DNA of 64,000 bases, taken from NCBI GenBank assembly GCA_040386535.1, contig JAZKFH010000037.1:74430-138429 (forward strand), written 5' to 3'. Source of the stretch: Myxococcota bacterium. Its GTDB lineage: Bacteria; Myxococcota_A; UBA796; SXON01. The translations under genes were made by a program, and so were the position numbers. The notes beneath the pieces were generated by a model. It was given only the letters and a program-made list of their open reading frames with translations, did not search any database and had not been told where the DNA came from. Position 1 is the first letter of the stretch; each line of letters opens with the position of its first letter. Shown in pieces: positions 63,945 to 64,000 of the stretch.

Positions 63945-64000
63945 TCGTCACGATCGGTGCGTAAATGTCGTGGCCGGTCGGGCCCGAGGTGTGAAAGGAT

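Overview
High-GC (about 70-78% in typical coding lines) bacterial DNA, most consistent with a Myxococcota-type organism: it has a MYXO-CTERM-like sorting tail, Hanks-type kinases, and five lipoproteins built from Cys/Asp-rich 'DCDD...NPGA.E.CD..D.DCDG' putative metal-binding (MopE-like) repeats, four of them ending in FG-GAP propellers. About 45 genes are supported; most of the long ORFs in the supplied track are antisense shadows of real genes. The best candidate for an undescribed system is a compositionally distinct three-gene cassette at 15768-20072. It encodes a divergent nitrilase-fold amidase with an intact E-K-C triad, a winged-helix protein, and a translationally coupled KGGVGR-type ParA/MinD-like ATPase fused to about 7 TPR repeats with low GC. 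This looks like a conflict/defence-type module (inference). Other notable items: a lipoprotein-signal PEP-dikinase-like protein with the His domain before the ATP-grasp domain (1-1531, partial); a minimal eutB-eutC-eutL locus whose EutC has an encapsulation-peptide-like N-terminus; a MarR-led ABC/LolA-like/outer-membrane-barrel operon with a perfect 10-4-10 palindrome upstream; a PAI-like flavoenzyme next to an HTTM gene pair; pnuC-nadR; and a folded REP-like element at 4035-4238. No rRNA, tRNA, CRISPR array, transposase or integrase was recognised. All assignments come from motif reading by eye; no database searches were run.
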